The notes below the pieces were generated by a model. It did no database searches, had not been told where the DNA came from, and saw nothing but the letters and a program-made list of their open reading frames with translations. This document shows, piece by piece, positions 1 through 11,108 of a DNA stretch of 64,000 nucleotides. Numbering within the stretch: position 1 is the first letter of the stretch; the number at the start of each line of letters is the position of its first letter. The position numbers were made by a program, and so were the translations under genes. The DNA is from an uncultured bacterium (GTDB lineage Bacteria; Verrucomicrobiota; Kiritimatiellia; CAIVKH01), in assembly GCA_937958885.1 (NCBI GenBank), contig CALGMT010000026.1:32468-96467 (forward strand), in the 5' to 3' direction.

Positions 1-96
1 GGTCTGTTGATGTGCCTGTTCATTCGGTTCGTTCCGATGATTGCCGGCTTCGAGCTTCGCGAATTGTTGCACAAGAAGAAATCGCATCACCACTAA
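1..96 (+). CDS. actC: C-terminus of ACIII subunit ActC (NrfD/PsrC family), partial
   Basis: Frame 1 reads GLLMCLFIRFVPMIAGFELRELLHKKKSHHH* and ends 2 nt before actD; typical ActC tail and gene order. Confidence 0.7.
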   Translation, partial: GLLMCLFIRFVPMIAGFELRELLHKKKSHHH

Positions 97-98
97 CC

Positions 99-692
99 AT
101 GAGCGCGCAGGCCCCCAACTCCGGAAAGATTTATGCGGCGGTAGCGGAATACGCGACACCCGAAGCGCTGCTGAAAGCGGCCGAGCGGGTACGCGACGCG
201 GGCTACAAACGCATCGATGCGCTCACGCCTTTTCCTGTTCACGGCATGGTCGAAGCGCTGGGCATCCCCAAAAGCAGGATGGCCGGTTTGGTGCTGTTTG
301 GCGCGCTGGCCGGCGCGGTCGGCGGCTTCGGGTTGCAGGTGTGGCAGTCGATGATCCAATACCCGCACGTCGTCTCCGGACGGCCGTATTTTAGCTGGCC
401 TAATTTCATCCCGATCGTGTTCGAATGCGCCATTCTCGCCGCGGGCATAACCGCCTTTGTCGGTATGCTGGTGCGCAACAACCTGCCGCGCCCGCATCAT
501 CCGGTGTTCTCCGCGCCTCGCGTCGAGAACACCACCGTCAGTACCTTCATGCTCGTCATCGAAGCAAGCGACCCTCTATTCGATGAGGTAAAAACCGCCG
601 AGCTGCTGAAGCAGACCGGCGCGGAATTTGTCGGCGTGGCCCCGGTGGAAGGGGACCCGGCCGATCCGCACGACGGACCCACCTTGAACTGA
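99..692 (+). CDS. actD: Alternative complex III subunit ActD (DUF3341)
   Basis: DALTPFPVHG motif, two TM helices, GRPYFSWPNFIPIVFE; start taken at ATG 99. Confidence 0.9.
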   Translation: MSAQAPNSGKIYAAVAEYATPEALLKAAERVRDAGYKRIDALTPFPVHGMVEALGIPKSRMAGLVLFGALAGAVGGFGLQVWQSMIQYPHVVSGRPYFSWPNFIPIVFECAILAAGITAFVGMLVRNNLPRPHHPVFSAPRVENTTVSTFMLVIEASDPLFDEVKTAELLKQTGAEFVGVAPVEGDPADPHDGPTLN

Positions 693-694
693 CC

Positions 695-1282
695 ATGCGA
701 AACCTGTTCACCATAGCCTTGATCGGCGCGGCGTTTGCCGGAACCGGATGCGAGCTCCGGCAGGCGATGTACGACCAGCCGAAGTACCGCCCGCTCCAAC
801 GCAGCGAGTTCTTTAGCGACCAGCGCGCCTCGCGTCCGTTGCCGGAGGGCACGGTTGCCCGCGGGTTGCTCAAGGACGACGAGCACCTCTACGACGGAAT
901 GGAAAACGGCGCGATGGCTCAAACATTTCCGTTTCCCGTGACGTCCGAGGTCCTCGCGCGCGGCCAGGAGCGCTTCAACATTTTCTGCGCTCCGTGCCAC
1001 GACATGGCCGGGTCCGGCAACGGGATGGTGGTTCAGCGGGGCTACAAGAAACCGGCATCATTCCATGAGCAGCGGCTTCGCGATTCCGCTCCGGGATATT
1101 TCTACGGCGCGATCAAAAATGGATTCGGCCAGATGCCGAACTATGCGGATCAGATTCCCGTGCGCGACCGGTGGGCGATCGTCGCGTACATCCGCGCACT
1201 TCAGTTGAGCCGAAACGCCACGATTGACGATGTGCCGCCCGAGGAGCGCGCTGCGCTGGAGACGGCAAAGGCAGGGCATTGA
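695..1282 (+). CDS. actE: ACIII monoheme cytochrome c lipoprotein ActE
   Basis: Lipobox-like AGTGC, MYDQPKY, CAPCH heme motif, GFGQMP. Confidence 0.9.
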   Translation: MRNLFTIALIGAAFAGTGCELRQAMYDQPKYRPLQRSEFFSDQRASRPLPEGTVARGLLKDDEHLYDGMENGAMAQTFPFPVTSEVLARGQERFNIFCAPCHDMAGSGNGMVVQRGYKKPASFHEQRLRDSAPGYFYGAIKNGFGQMPNYADQIPVRDRWAIVAYIRALQLSRNATIDDVPPEERAALETAKAGH

Positions 1283-1286
1283 TTTC

Positions 1287-2501
1287 ATGAACGAGCTGAT
1301 CCAATCGATTCGCGGCAAAGCGCTCGGCGTTGGCGTCCTCGGCACCGCCGCGACCGCTGCGGGTTATTTCATCGCAGGACCCGACCAATTTTTTCAGTCG
1401 TGGTTGATGGCCTTTTGTTTTGTGTTTGCCTTTGCCGCCGGCGGACTCGGCCTGCTGATGATCCATCATCTGGCGTCCGGCCGCTGGGGATTCTGCCTGC
1501 AACGCCCCTATGAAGCGGCGGCGAAGACCTTCCCGCTGATCGCCCTGTTGTTTGTTCCTCTGCTGTTCGGCATGGATCGGCTCTATGCCTGGGTGAACCC
1601 CGAAGCGCACCACGACCATGTGCTCGAACATGTGATGCACCATAAAGGCATGTATCTCAACGTGACCGGCTTTTATATCCGCGCGGCGGTGTATTTTGCC
1701 GTCTGGATCGGCCTTTCCTCGCTCCTGCTACGCTGGTCGCGGCTACAAGATGAGCACAAAGCGGATGCCGAGCTCTATGGACGCAAGATGCGCATGTTGA
1801 GCGGGATTGGTCTGGTGATTTTCGGATTGGCCGTCACATTCGCATCCTTTGACTGGGCCATGTCCGTAGAGCCCAAGTGGTATTCCGCCCTGTATGGCGC
1901 AACGTTCATGGTCGGGCAGGGCGTGGCCACGCTTTGCTTGATGGCATTTGTTGCGCGCATGCTCTCGCGCGATAAGCAATACGGCTCGGTAATCGGCGCG
2001 CAGCAATATCACGACATCGGCAACCTGATCTTTGCCTTTACGATTCTCTGGACGTATATGAACGTCGGCCAGTTCGTGATCATCTGGTCCGGCAACCTGC
2101 CCGAGGAAATTGAATACTACCTGCATCGCAGCCACTCCCCCTGGCCCGAACTGGTCACCGGCATCGCCATTCTCCATTTCGCGGCGCCGTTTGTCCTCCT
2201 GCTCTTCAAGGCGAACAAGAAGAACCCCAACATCCTCGTAAAAATCGCCGGCGGTTTGCTCGTGATGCGGTTTGTCGACTATTTCTGGACGCTGATGCCC
2301 GCGTTCCGCCACGATCATTTCCACGTGTCGTGGGTGGACATCGCCGCGCCAGTGGGTTTGATGGGCCTCTGGCTATACGTTTTCCTGGGCGCGCTGCAAA
2401 AACGGCCCTTCCTCCCGTTGAACGACCCCCGATTCGCCTCTATATTGTCTCACCCTGAAGAACGAGACACCGGTTGGGAGGCGGACGCTTCCGATGCATA
2501 G
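1287..2501 (+). CDS. actF: ACIII membrane subunit ActF
   Basis: About 10 TM helices, DWAMSVEPKWYS and IIWSGNLPEE motifs; operon position. Confidence 0.88.
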   Translation: MNELIQSIRGKALGVGVLGTAATAAGYFIAGPDQFFQSWLMAFCFVFAFAAGGLGLLMIHHLASGRWGFCLQRPYEAAAKTFPLIALLFVPLLFGMDRLYAWVNPEAHHDHVLEHVMHHKGMYLNVTGFYIRAAVYFAVWIGLSSLLLRWSRLQDEHKADAELYGRKMRMLSGIGLVIFGLAVTFASFDWAMSVEPKWYSALYGATFMVGQGVATLCLMAFVARMLSRDKQYGSVIGAQQYHDIGNLIFAFTILWTYMNVGQFVIIWSGNLPEEIEYYLHRSHSPWPELVTGIAILHFAAPFVLLLFKANKKNPNILVKIAGGLLVMRFVDYFWTLMPAFRHDHFHVSWVDIAAPVGLMGLWLYVFLGALQKRPFLPLNDPRFASILSHPEERDTGWEADASDA

Positions 2502-2904
2502 TCCATCCACAGATCCTGTCAAGAATCCGAGCGGCGCGGATTTCGCTGATCGCGATATTCCGGTCTCAAAGATTCTGGTCTTTGGGTTTTACATCGCGCT
2601 GTTCACCGCCGTCTCGTTTGTCGGGCTGCGCTTCCTTTACCTGGCGTTGGATCGCAAGGCGGAGCGCGCAGACGAGGCTGTTGCCGCGTTTGCGCGAGAG
2701 ACGCGCGTGCTGCCGCCGGAACCCCGCCTTCAAGTGGATGAACCCGCCACATGGGCGCGGGAAAAAGCGCGCCAGCAGGCGATGATCTCCGGCTACGAGT
2801 GGGTGGATGCCAATGCCGGCGTGGTGCGCATTCCGGTCGAGCGGGCGATGGAAATTCTCGCCGAGCGCGGTCTGCCCGCGCGCGCGGAAGGAGTGAGCCC
2901 GTGA
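2494..2904 (+). CDS. actG: ACIII small subunit ActG-like
   Basis: Single TM, PPEPRLQ and YEWVD..GVVRIPVERAM motifs; follows actF. Confidence 0.75.
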   Translation: MHSPSTDPVKNPSGADFADRDIPVSKILVFGFYIALFTAVSFVGLRFLYLALDRKAERADEAVAAFARETRVLPPEPRLQVDEPATWAREKARQQAMISGYEWVDANAGVVRIPVERAMEILAERGLPARAEGVSP

Positions 2905-3749
2905 ACGCGCGGATCTTCATCGGCGCGATTTGCGCGTGGGCCGCAACGTCCGGCGTATATGCAGCCACTCGTTCGACTCCGATCGAGCAAAAAAACGAAC
3001 CGCCGCCGCCCGCTGTGTTGAAGCGAACCGGTTTCGATCAAAACCTCGGCGCGCAGTTGCCGTTGGATGTCAACGTGCGCGATGAAGAAGGCCGCGTGGT
3101 GCCGCTCGGGACGTTCTTCAAGGATCGCCCGGTCGTCTTCTCGCTCGTTTACTACAACTGCCCGATGCTGTGCACGTTGGTGCTCAATGGCATTGTGGAT
3201 GTGTTGAAGCAAATCGCGTTCGAGCCCGGACGCGATTACGACATCGTCACCTTGAGCTTCAATCACGAAGAAACGCACCTGCTCGCAGCGCAGAAAAAAG
3301 CCAACTACCTCGAAATGTTCAGCAAACCGGGCGCCGCGGCCGGATGGCACTTCCTTACAGCCGACGAGCCGGCCATCGCCGCGATTGCGGACACGGCCGG
3401 ATTCAAATTCGCGTGGGATGAAAAAGCGCAGGAATTCGCGCACGGCAGCGGCATCATGATTGCCACGCCGGATGGAAAGCTCTCTCATTATTTTTACGGC
3501 GTCATGTACAGCCCGCGCGATGTCCGTCTCGCGCTGGTCGAGGCCTCGTCCGGAAAGATCGGCAACCCAGTCGATCAACTCATGCTGCTCTGCTATCACT
3601 ACAATCCCACGATGGGCGGATACAGCGCGGCGGTGATGAACGTGGTCCGGCTAGGATGCTTTGCGACGATAATTGCGGTGGGCGGTTTTATCGCACTGTC
3701 GTGGAATCGCGAACGTAAAGCCATCGCACCCCAATCAATTCCCGCATAG
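2901..3749 (+). CDS. SCO1/SenC copper chaperone
   Basis: YYNCPMLC CxxxC motif, FAHGSG His, C-terminal TM; GTG start overlaps the actG stop. Confidence 0.9.
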   Translation: MNARIFIGAICAWAATSGVYAATRSTPIEQKNEPPPPAVLKRTGFDQNLGAQLPLDVNVRDEEGRVVPLGTFFKDRPVVFSLVYYNCPMLCTLVLNGIVDVLKQIAFEPGRDYDIVTLSFNHEETHLLAAQKKANYLEMFSKPGAAAGWHFLTADEPAIAAIADTAGFKFAWDEKAQEFAHGSGIMIATPDGKLSHYFYGVMYSPRDVRLALVEASSGKIGNPVDQLMLLCYHYNPTMGGYSAAVMNVVRLGCFATIIAVGGFIALSWNRERKAIAPQSIPA

Positions 3750-3772
3750 GCGGATCGGGTGCGACACCAACT

Positions 3773-4720
3773 ATGAAAAGTGTTTTTAATATATTGCCCG
3801 AGCAGGCCTCGACGGTCGCGTCCCACGTAGACGCGATATACTTATTTCTGATTGCCATCAGCGTCGTTTTCACGCTGTTGGCCGCGGGTCTCGTCATCGT
3901 ATTCGGAGTGAAATTCCGCAGACGGCCGGACGGACCCGCGCCCGAAAAACCGCATGAGGATAGCCGCCTTGAAATGGCCGCCGGCGCTTTTCTTCTCGTG
4001 TTGCTCCTCGTGCTTTTTGGATGGGGCGCAAAGGTCTATTTCCAAAACACGCGCCCGCCCGCTGACGCGATGGAGATTCTGGTTACCGGCAAACAGTGGA
4101 TGTGGAAACTTCAGCACCCGAATGGCCGGCGCGAAATCAACACGCTCCACATCCCGGTGGGCAAGCCGGTTCAGCTCACCATGACCTCGGAAGACGTGAT
4201 TCACAGCTTCTTCATTCCGGCCTTTCGCGTGAAGCAGGATGTGCTTCCAGGGCGCTATACGCGCCTCTGGTTCCAGGCAACCAAGACCGGCCGTTACCGC
4301 CTCTTCTGCACGGAATACTGCGGGACCGAGCATTCCATGATGGGCGGATGGGTCAATGTCATGACCGCGGCCGATTATGAACGATGGCTCTCGGGCGAAG
4401 TCGCGGGCGCGGCTCAAGAGACGCCCGTGCAGGCCGGCGAGCGGCTCTTCACCCAACTCGGCTGTCAAACATGCCACAATGCAGGCTCCGGCGCGCTCGG
4501 TCCGAACCTGGCCGGCGTGTTCGGACACACCGTCAAACTCGCCGACGGCAGCGAGGTGATCGCCGACGAGGAATACTTGCGCGAATCGATCCTTAACCCG
4601 CATGCGAAACTCGTGGCGGGTTTTGCCCCCGTCATGCCGGTGTTCAAAGGCATTATCAACGAAGATCAACTCCTCCAGTTGATCGCCTACATCAAGAGCC
4701 TCAGCGGAGCGTCCAACTGA
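3773..4720 (+). CDS. coxB: Cytochrome c oxidase subunit II with fused cytochrome c (caa3 type)
   Basis: CuA ligands DVIHSF and [13 protein letters not shown]-terminal CQTCH heme c motif. Confidence 0.96.
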   Translation: MKSVFNILPEQASTVASHVDAIYLFLIAISVVFTLLAAGLVIVFGVKFRRRPDGPAPEKPHEDSRLEMAAGAFLLVLLLVLFGWGAKVYFQNTRPPADAMEILVTGKQWMWKLQHPNGRREINTLHIPVGKPVQLTMTSEDVIHSFFIPAFRVKQDVLPGRYTRLWFQATKTGRYRLFCTEYCGTEHSMMGGWVNVMTAADYERWLSGEVAGAAQETPVQAGERLFTQLGCQTCHNAGSGALGPNLAGVFGHTVKLADGSEVIADEEYLRESILNPHAKLVAGFAPVMPVFKGIINEDQLLQLIAYIKSLSGASN

Positions 4721-4721
4721 T

Positions 4722-6371
4722 ATGAGCGAAACGGCGACCATCGCGGCGACTGCCGAGCCGAAAAATTATCTAACGAACCGCCACACGATCCAGTCGTGGC
4801 TCTTCACGGTCGACCACAAACGGATCGCGATCCTCTATCTGATCAGCCTGACCGTGTTCTTCCTCCTCGGCGGCGCGGCGGCGGCCCTGTTCCGCCTCGA
4901 CCTGATGACGCCTCAGGCCGACCTGCTCCAGTCCGAGACCTACAATAAATTGTTCACGATGCACGGCATCGTGATGATCTTCTTCTTCCTTGTCCCGTCA
5001 ATCCCCGCCGTGATGGGCAACTTCCTCGTTCCCGTGATGATCGGCGCGAAAGACGTCGCCTTCCCCCGGCTGAACCTCTTGAGCTGGTACGTCTTCATGG
5101 CCGGCGGCCTTATCGCACTCGGCGCCATCATCAGCGGCGGGGTGGACACCGGCTGGACGTTCTACACGCCGTACAGCAGCATGTACGCAAATTCCCACGT
5201 GATCCTCGCCGTGGCGGGTGCGTTCATTGCCGGTTTCTCATCGATCATGACGGCTCTGAATTTCATCGTCACCATCCAGAAAATGCGCGCGCCCGGCCTC
5301 ACCTGGTTCCGCCTGCCGCTCTTTATCTGGGCGATGTACGCCACAAGCCTCGTCGTGATCCTCGGCACGCCGGTGGTCGCGATCACGCTGGTCATGATTT
5401 TCATCGAGCGCTTCTTCCAATTCGGCCTGTTCGATCCCGCGCTCGGCGGCGATCCGGTCCTCTTCCAACACCTCTTCTGGTTCTATTCGCACCCCGCGGT
5501 TTACATCATGATCCTGCCCAGCATGGGCGTGATCAGCGAGATTGTGTCCTGCTTCTCCCGCCGCCGGTTGTACGGCTACACCTTCGTTGCGTTCTCCTCG
5601 CTCGCGATCGCGGTGATCGGATTCTTCGTGTGGGGCCACCACATGTTTGTCAGCTCCCAATCGGCCTATGCGGGGCTCATCTTCTCGTTTCTGACCTTCT
5701 TCGTCGCGATTCCGACCGCCATCAAGATCCTCAACTGGATCATGACGATGTACAAGGGATCGATCTCCTTCGACACCCCGATGCTTTACGCATACGGCTT
5801 TCTCGGCCTCTTCACGATCGGCGGTCTGACCGGTCTGTTCTTGAGCACCATGGCGACGGATATCCATCTGCACGACACCTATTTCGTCGTCGCGCATTTC
5901 CACTACGTCATGGTCGGCGGCGGCGTGATGGGGTTCCTCGGCGCCTTGCATTTCTGGTGGCCCAAGATGACCGGTCGCATGTACCCGGAAGGCTGGGCCA
6001 AGTTCGCCGCCATCGTCATTTTTATCGGCTTCAATCTGACCTTTTTCCCACAATTCCAACTCGGCTACCATGGCATGCCGCGCCGCTACCACACCTACGC
6101 GGAGGAATTCCAGATTCTCCACGTCATGTCCACCGCCGGTGCGTCGGTGCTTGGGGCGGGATACCTCATCATGGCCGCCTACCTCGGCTGGTCCCTCTTC
6201 AAGGGCAAGCGCGCCTCCGCCAACCCGTGGGATGCGCGCGGCCTCGAGTGGGAGACCACCTCGCCGCCGCCCACCGAAAACTTCCTGTCCACACCGACCG
6301 TCACACAGGAGGCCTATGCGTATGACAAGCCTTCCGTGACGCATGTCCCTCCGGAGGAGAAACGTGTCTAG
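4722..6371 (+). CDS. coxA: Cytochrome c oxidase subunit I, A2 type
   Basis: [14 protein letters not shown] (YS motif of A2 type), WGHH, VVAHFH, GMPRR. Confidence 0.97.
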   Translation: MSETATIAATAEPKNYLTNRHTIQSWLFTVDHKRIAILYLISLTVFFLLGGAAAALFRLDLMTPQADLLQSETYNKLFTMHGIVMIFFFLVPSIPAVMGNFLVPVMIGAKDVAFPRLNLLSWYVFMAGGLIALGAIISGGVDTGWTFYTPYSSMYANSHVILAVAGAFIAGFSSIMTALNFIVTIQKMRAPGLTWFRLPLFIWAMYATSLVVILGTPVVAITLVMIFIERFFQFGLFDPALGGDPVLFQHLFWFYSHPAVYIMILPSMGVISEIVSCFSRRRLYGYTFVAFSSLAIAVIGFFVWGHHMFVSSQSAYAGLIFSFLTFFVAIPTAIKILNWIMTMYKGSISFDTPMLYAYGFLGLFTIGGLTGLFLSTMATDIHLHDTYFVVAHFHYVMVGGGVMGFLGALHFWWPKMTGRMYPEGWAKFAAIVIFIGFNLTFFPQFQLGYHGMPRRYHTYAEEFQILHVMSTAGASVLGAGYLIMAAYLGWSLFKGKRASANPWDARGLEWETTSPPPTENFLSTPTVTQEAYAYDKPSVTHVPPEEKRV

Positions 6372-7083
6372 CCACGCCCACGCGCACGTCGCGCATCACT
6401 TCGAGAGCGCCGAGCAGCAGCGCCAATCCGCGCAGCTCGGCATGTGGATATTTCTCGTCACCGAGGTCATGTTTTTCGGCGGCCTCTTTGCCGCCTATGT
6501 CGTCTATCGTTCGCTGTATCCGGAGGCCTGGGTTGTCGGCAGCCACCTGTTGAGTATCGGGCTTGGCGGGTTCAACACCGCGGTGCTGCTCGCCTCGTCG
6601 CTCACAATGGCGCTGGCGGTGCACGCCGCGCAGACCGACAAGCGGAACGCCACCGCGATGTGGATTGTCCTCACGATGGTCCTCGGCTTTGTCTTCCTCG
6701 GCGTCAAAGTTGTCGAATACGCCGGCAAGTTCGAACACCACCTCGTACCCGGCGCGCATTTCCATGTCGATCCGATGGCCGAACTCGCGAAGCTGGAGGC
6801 GGCCGGCGTCCACGTGGGCCAGCACCTGCGCCACGCCTTTGAGACGGCGAACCCGAGCCATGTTCAACTCTTCTATTCACTCTACTTCGCGATGACCGGC
6901 ATGCACGCAGTGCACATGATCATCGGCGCCGGCCTCATGATCTGGCTGCTCGCCAACACGCTGAAGGGCCGCTATTCCTCCGCTTACTACAACCCCGTCG
7001 AAGTCACCGGCCTCTATTGGCACTTCGTGGACATTGTCTGGATTTTCCTGTTCCCCATGCTCTACCTGATCGGGAGACACTGA
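6364..7083 (+). CDS. coxC: Cytochrome c oxidase subunit III
   Basis: [37 protein letters not shown]. Confidence 0.95.
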   Translation: MSSHAHAHVAHHFESAEQQRQSAQLGMWIFLVTEVMFFGGLFAAYVVYRSLYPEAWVVGSHLLSIGLGGFNTAVLLASSLTMALAVHAAQTDKRNATAMWIVLTMVLGFVFLGVKVVEYAGKFEHHLVPGAHFHVDPMAELAKLEAAGVHVGQHLRHAFETANPSHVQLFYSLYFAMTGMHAVHMIIGAGLMIWLLANTLKGRYSSAYYNPVEVTGLYWHFVDIVWIFLFPMLYLIGRH

Positions 7084-7418
7084 TGAGCGAACATCACGTC
7101 ATGCCTATCCGCGTCTACCTGACCATTATCGCTATTTTGATGGCGCTTACGGTCGCCACGGTCTGGGTCGCCTTCCTCGATTTCGGCTATCTCAACACCG
7201 TGATTGCCGTCGGCATCGCTGTCATAAAGGCCCTGCTCGTCGTCATGTATTTCATGCACCTGAAGTACGCGGCGCCGATTACCCGCCTCTTCGCCGGGGC
7301 CGGCGCCGTATTTTTCGTGATCCTCATTGCGATCACCCTGAGCGACTACCGATCCCGCGATTGGTTCCCATTCCCCGAGCCGTGGGAGCAAGCCCATGAA
7401 GCTCCCGCGTCGCACTAA
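7083..7418 (+). CDS. coxD: Cytochrome c oxidase subunit IV
   Basis: Three TM helices, KALLVVMYFMHLK motif; ATG overlaps the coxC stop. Confidence 0.9.
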   Translation: MSEHHVMPIRVYLTIIAILMALTVATVWVAFLDFGYLNTVIAVGIAVIKALLVVMYFMHLKYAAPITRLFAGAGAVFFVILIAITLSDYRSRDWFPFPEPWEQAHEAPASH

Positions 7419-8307
7419 ATCCAACTCAGCGGACGCGCCGAGCTGGTCCGACTACTATCAGCTCGCCAAGCCGCGCATCGTCGGCATGGTGCTGGTCACC
7501 ACCGCCACAGGCTTCTTCGTCGGCGGCGCGGGCATCGGATCCTGGGAGCGCACCCTCCTGCTCGTCCTGACCCTCCTCGGCACTGCCCTCGCCGCCGCGG
7601 GCGCAGCGGTTCTAAACAACTACCTCGAGCGCGACACCGACGCGCGCATGGAGCGCACCCGCCTGCGCGCCCTGCCCGCGGGCCGCATCGAGCCCGCCGT
7701 CGCGCTCGCGCTCGGTGTCCTGCTCGTCCTCGGGGGCGTCGCGATACTCGCGGCGCTGGTCAATCTTCTCGCCGCCTTTCTCGTCCTGCTCACGGCGTTT
7801 CTCTACGTGCTTGTGTACACGCCGCTCAAAAAAGTGACCTGGCTCAATACGCCGATCGGCGCGATCCCCGGCGCGTTGCCGCCGATGGTGGGGTGGGCGG
7901 CCGCCGCGAACGAACTGCATGTTGGCGCATGGATTCTGTTTGCCATTCTCTTTCTCTGGCAGCACCCCCACTTCTACGCCATTGCGTGGATGTACCGCAG
8001 CGACTACGCCGCCGCCGGCTACAAGATGCTCTCAACCATCGACCCCACCGGGCGCCGCGTCTTCCGTCAGGCCATCCTCTTCTCCCTCGCGCTGATCCCT
8101 GTATCCATTGCCCTCACCGGCTTCGGCCTCGCGGGCCGGACCTACCTCGTCGGCGCTGTATTCCTCGGATCGGCCTTGCTTGCCGCCAGCTTGCACCTCG
8201 CCCAGCACCAGCGCCTGGCCGACGCGCGCCGCGTTCTGCTCGCCTCCGTCGTCTATTTGCCCCTTCTACTCGCCCTCATCGTGCTCGACGCCGGACTCGC
8301 CCGCTGA
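7396..8307 (+). CDS. ctaB: Protoheme IX farnesyltransferase (heme o synthase)
   Basis: KPRIV, NNYLERDTDARMERTRLR, YTPLKK, WQHPHF. Confidence 0.95.
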   Translation: MKLPRRTKSNSADAPSWSDYYQLAKPRIVGMVLVTTATGFFVGGAGIGSWERTLLLVLTLLGTALAAAGAAVLNNYLERDTDARMERTRLRALPAGRIEPAVALALGVLLVLGGVAILAALVNLLAAFLVLLTAFLYVLVYTPLKKVTWLNTPIGAIPGALPPMVGWAAAANELHVGAWILFAILFLWQHPHFYAIAWMYRSDYAAAGYKMLSTIDPTGRRVFRQAILFSLALIPVSIALTGFGLAGRTYLVGAVFLGSALLAASLHLAQHQRLADARRVLLASVVYLPLLLALIVLDAGLAR

Positions 8308-8318
8308 CGGCAAAAAAG

Positions 8319-8380
8319 TTCCATGCTCTGTAAAAACTTTTTTTCGCGCTTCCATACTCTGTAAATTACAGCGCATGGAA
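8319..8380. repeat. TTCCA-N5-TGTAA motif cluster: two direct copies 31 bp apart plus one inverted copy
   Basis: TTCCATGCTCTGTAAAAA at 8319, TTCCATACTCTGTAAA at 8350, reverse-complement copy TTACAGCGCATGGAA at 8366-8380. Confidence 0.85.
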
Positions 8381-10150
8381 ATAATAAGGAGACGCGCGCG
8401 CGGGCTGCTGGTCTTCGCGCTTCTCGCCGCGGGCTGTGCGGAAGCGCCGCGCGACGGCGATATCCTCCGCGCAAACACCCTCTATCTCGCATCGGCGCGT
8501 GTGCGGGGATTCGATCCCGCTAAAGTGTCGGATGTCGCGTCTGCCAAAGCCATCCAGCTCGTGTATGAACCGCTGCTGCAGATCGCGTATCTCGACCGCC
8601 CGTACCGCCTCCAACCGCTGCTTGTGGAATCAATGCCGGAGCGCTCAGGAGACGGCCTGCGCTACCTCTTTCGACTTCGACGCGGCATTTATTTCGCCGA
8701 CGCCCCCTGCTTCCCCGGCGGGCGGGGTCGCGAAATGACCGCGGACGATGTTGTCTATTCGATCAAGCGCATCGCCGATCGCAAGGTCGCTTCCAGCGGA
8801 TGGTGGGCGTTCGAAAACCGTATCGTCGGACTCGATGAATTCCGAGAGGCATCGGCGGGCGAGCAGCCGACGGACTATTCGATGCCCGTCGCGGGACTTG
8901 TCGCACGCGATCGATACACCGTGGAAATCGAGCTGGCCCGACCGTTCCCGCAATTTCTTTGGATTCTTGCGCTGCATTACGCCGCCGTCGTCCCGCGCGA
9001 AGCGGTGGAGCATTATGGCGAACGATTCGCAAGCCATCCGGTCGGCACCGGACCTTATCGCCTCGTGGAGTGGCGTCGCAATTACCGGATGATGTTCGAG
9101 CGCAATCCGAAGTGGAGCGAAACCGGACGGATTGATCGTTATCCTTCGTCAGGCGAGCCGGAAGATGAAGCCGCCGGCTTGCTTGCCGATGCCGACCGCC
9201 CGCTGCCGCTGATCGATCGCATCGTCATGTCCGTGATTGCGGATGGCGCAACGCAGTGGATGATGTTTCTCCGCGGGGAATTGGACGAGTCGGAGATTTC
9301 GCGCGACAACTGGGGCGCGGTTATGGATGAGAATGGCGCATTGCGCGCCGATCTCGCCGCGCGCGGCATCCGGCTTTCCGTCGCGCCGCAATTGCGCGTG
9401 AACTACATCGGGTTCAACATGGACGATCCGGTCGTCGGTCCGAATCGCGCGCTCCGGCAGGCGCTCACGTCGGCCTTCAACTCGGAGGAGTGGATTCGCC
9501 TCAACAACGGGCGCGTGAAGCGCGCGCTTGGACCCATTCCAAGTTCGTTGACGGGCTTCGAGCCGAATTATCAGCCATTCCCATTTGATTTGGATCGCGC
9601 GCGGGCGCTGCTCGCAGAGGCCGGCTATCCGGACGGCCGCGATCCGCGCACCGGACGCCGGCTCGAACTGACACTAGAGCTCGGGCGGGCCGACGATCTG
9701 GAGCTGCGCCAATCCGCGGAGCTCATCGCCGCCTTTTTCGAGCGCATCGGCGTGGTCCTGCGTTTGAGCTTCAACAACGGCCCTGCGTTTTTCGAGAAAC
9801 TCGAGCGCGGCCAAGCGCAATTGTTTTATGTCGGTTGGCTCGGCGATTACCCCGATGCCGAGAATTTTCTCCAATGTCTCTACGGCCCGAATGCCGATGG
9901 TGGCCCTAATCGCGCGAACTATCGAAACCCCGAATTCGATCGCCTCTTCGAGCAAGCCCGTGTGATGGAAGATTCGCCGGAGCGGACGGCCCTCTATTCG
10001 GCCCTCGCGCGAATCGCGATCGAAGACTGCCCATGGATCTTTGTCGCCGAACCGTTGAGCTACACGCTGCACCAGACGCGGCTGCTCAATCGCAAGCCTC
10101 ATCTGTTCCCGTATGGAATGGAGAAATACTATGCCCTCCGGCGCCCCTGA
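8375..10150 (+). CDS. ABC transporter substrate-binding lipoprotein, family 5 (Opp/Dpp/Nik-like)
   Basis: Lipobox LAAGC, MTADDVVYSIKR, HPVGTGPY, GWLGDYPDAENFL; start codon approximate. Confidence 0.88.
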   Translation: MEIIRRRARGLLVFALLAAGCAEAPRDGDILRANTLYLASARVRGFDPAKVSDVASAKAIQLVYEPLLQIAYLDRPYRLQPLLVESMPERSGDGLRYLFRLRRGIYFADAPCFPGGRGREMTADDVVYSIKRIADRKVASSGWWAFENRIVGLDEFREASAGEQPTDYSMPVAGLVARDRYTVEIELARPFPQFLWILALHYAAVVPREAVEHYGERFASHPVGTGPYRLVEWRRNYRMMFERNPKWSETGRIDRYPSSGEPEDEAAGLLADADRPLPLIDRIVMSVIADGATQWMMFLRGELDESEISRDNWGAVMDENGALRADLAARGIRLSVAPQLRVNYIGFNMDDPVVGPNRALRQALTSAFNSEEWIRLNNGRVKRALGPIPSSLTGFEPNYQPFPFDLDRARALLAEAGYPDGRDPRTGRRLELTLELGRADDLELRQSAELIAAFFERIGVVLRLSFNNGPAFFEKLERGQAQLFYVGWLGDYPDAENFLQCLYGPNADGGPNRANYRNPEFDRLFEQARVMEDSPERTALYSALARIAIEDCPWIFVAEPLSYTLHQTRLLNRKPHLFPYGMEKYYALRRP

Positions 10151-11108
10151 CGCCACGCCCGCGCTGCTGAAGGTCGAGAACCTTTCGATCCATTTCGGGA
10201 CGGAAGCGCGCCCGGTCCGCGCGGTGGACGATGTTTCGTTTGAGGTGCGAGAGGGTGAAACGGTCGCGCTGGTCGGCGAGAGCGGGTGCGGCAAGAGCGC
10301 AACCGCGCTCGCGTTGGCACGCCTGTTGCCGGAGCCCGCCGCGCGCTACGTCGGCGGCTCGATCCGGCTGCTCGGCACGGACGTGCTGCGCGCGGATGAA
10401 GCGGAACTTTGCCGCCTGCGGGGCGGGCGAATCGCTTATGTGTTCCAAGAACCCGCGGTCGCTCTGAATCCGGTGTACACGATCGGATTTCAAATTCGCG
10501 AAGCCCTTGCCGCGCATCGATCCGGGATCGACCGCGCCGCCGAATGCGCCCGATTGCTGAGCGAAGTCGGATTGGATGCCCCCCGCGTCGCGGGAGCGTA
10601 TCCGCACGAATTGAGCGGCGGCATGCAGCAGCGCGCGGTCATCGCCATGGCGCTGGCCGGGAACCCGCGCCTGCTCGTGGCCGACGAACCGACCACCGCG
10701 CTCGACGTGACCGTTCAGGCGCAGGTGTTGGATGTGCTTGTCCGTGTGCAGCGCGCTGAGCGCGCGAGCATGCTGTTCATCACGCATAACCTGGGGTTGG
10801 TCGAGCGCATCGCCCAGCGCGTGTTGGTGATGTATGCCGGCCGCATTGTAGAGACCGGGCCGGTCGAGGACGTGCTGCGGCGACCGCGCCATCCCTACAC
10901 CCGCGCGTTGATCCGAGCGGTGCCGCGCCTGCGCGGAGGCGCCGCGCGGCTCGAGGGGATCCCTGGCGTGGTGCCGTCTGCAGCGGAATATCCGTCCGGA
11001 TGTCGATTCCATCCTCGGTGTGCGCATAAGCGAGCGCGCTGCGAAACGGATGAACCGGAAGACGACGATGGCGTGCGTTGTCACTTTTGGCGGGAGCTAC
11101 CGGCATGA
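10131..11108 (+). CDS. Peptide ABC transporter ATPase (OppD/DppD-like)
   Basis: GESGCGKS, YPHELSGGMQQR, ADEPTTALD, C-terminal GCRFHPRC. Confidence 0.93.
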   Translation: MPSGAPDATPALLKVENLSIHFGTEARPVRAVDDVSFEVREGETVALVGESGCGKSATALALARLLPEPAARYVGGSIRLLGTDVLRADEAELCRLRGGRIAYVFQEPAVALNPVYTIGFQIREALAAHRSGIDRAAECARLLSEVGLDAPRVAGAYPHELSGGMQQRAVIAMALAGNPRLLVADEPTTALDVTVQAQVLDVLVRVQRAERASMLFITHNLGLVERIAQRVLVMYAGRIVETGPVEDVLRRPRHPYTRALIRAVPRLRGGAARLEGIPGVVPSAAEYPSGCRFHPRCAHKRARCETDEPEDDDGVRCHFWRELPA

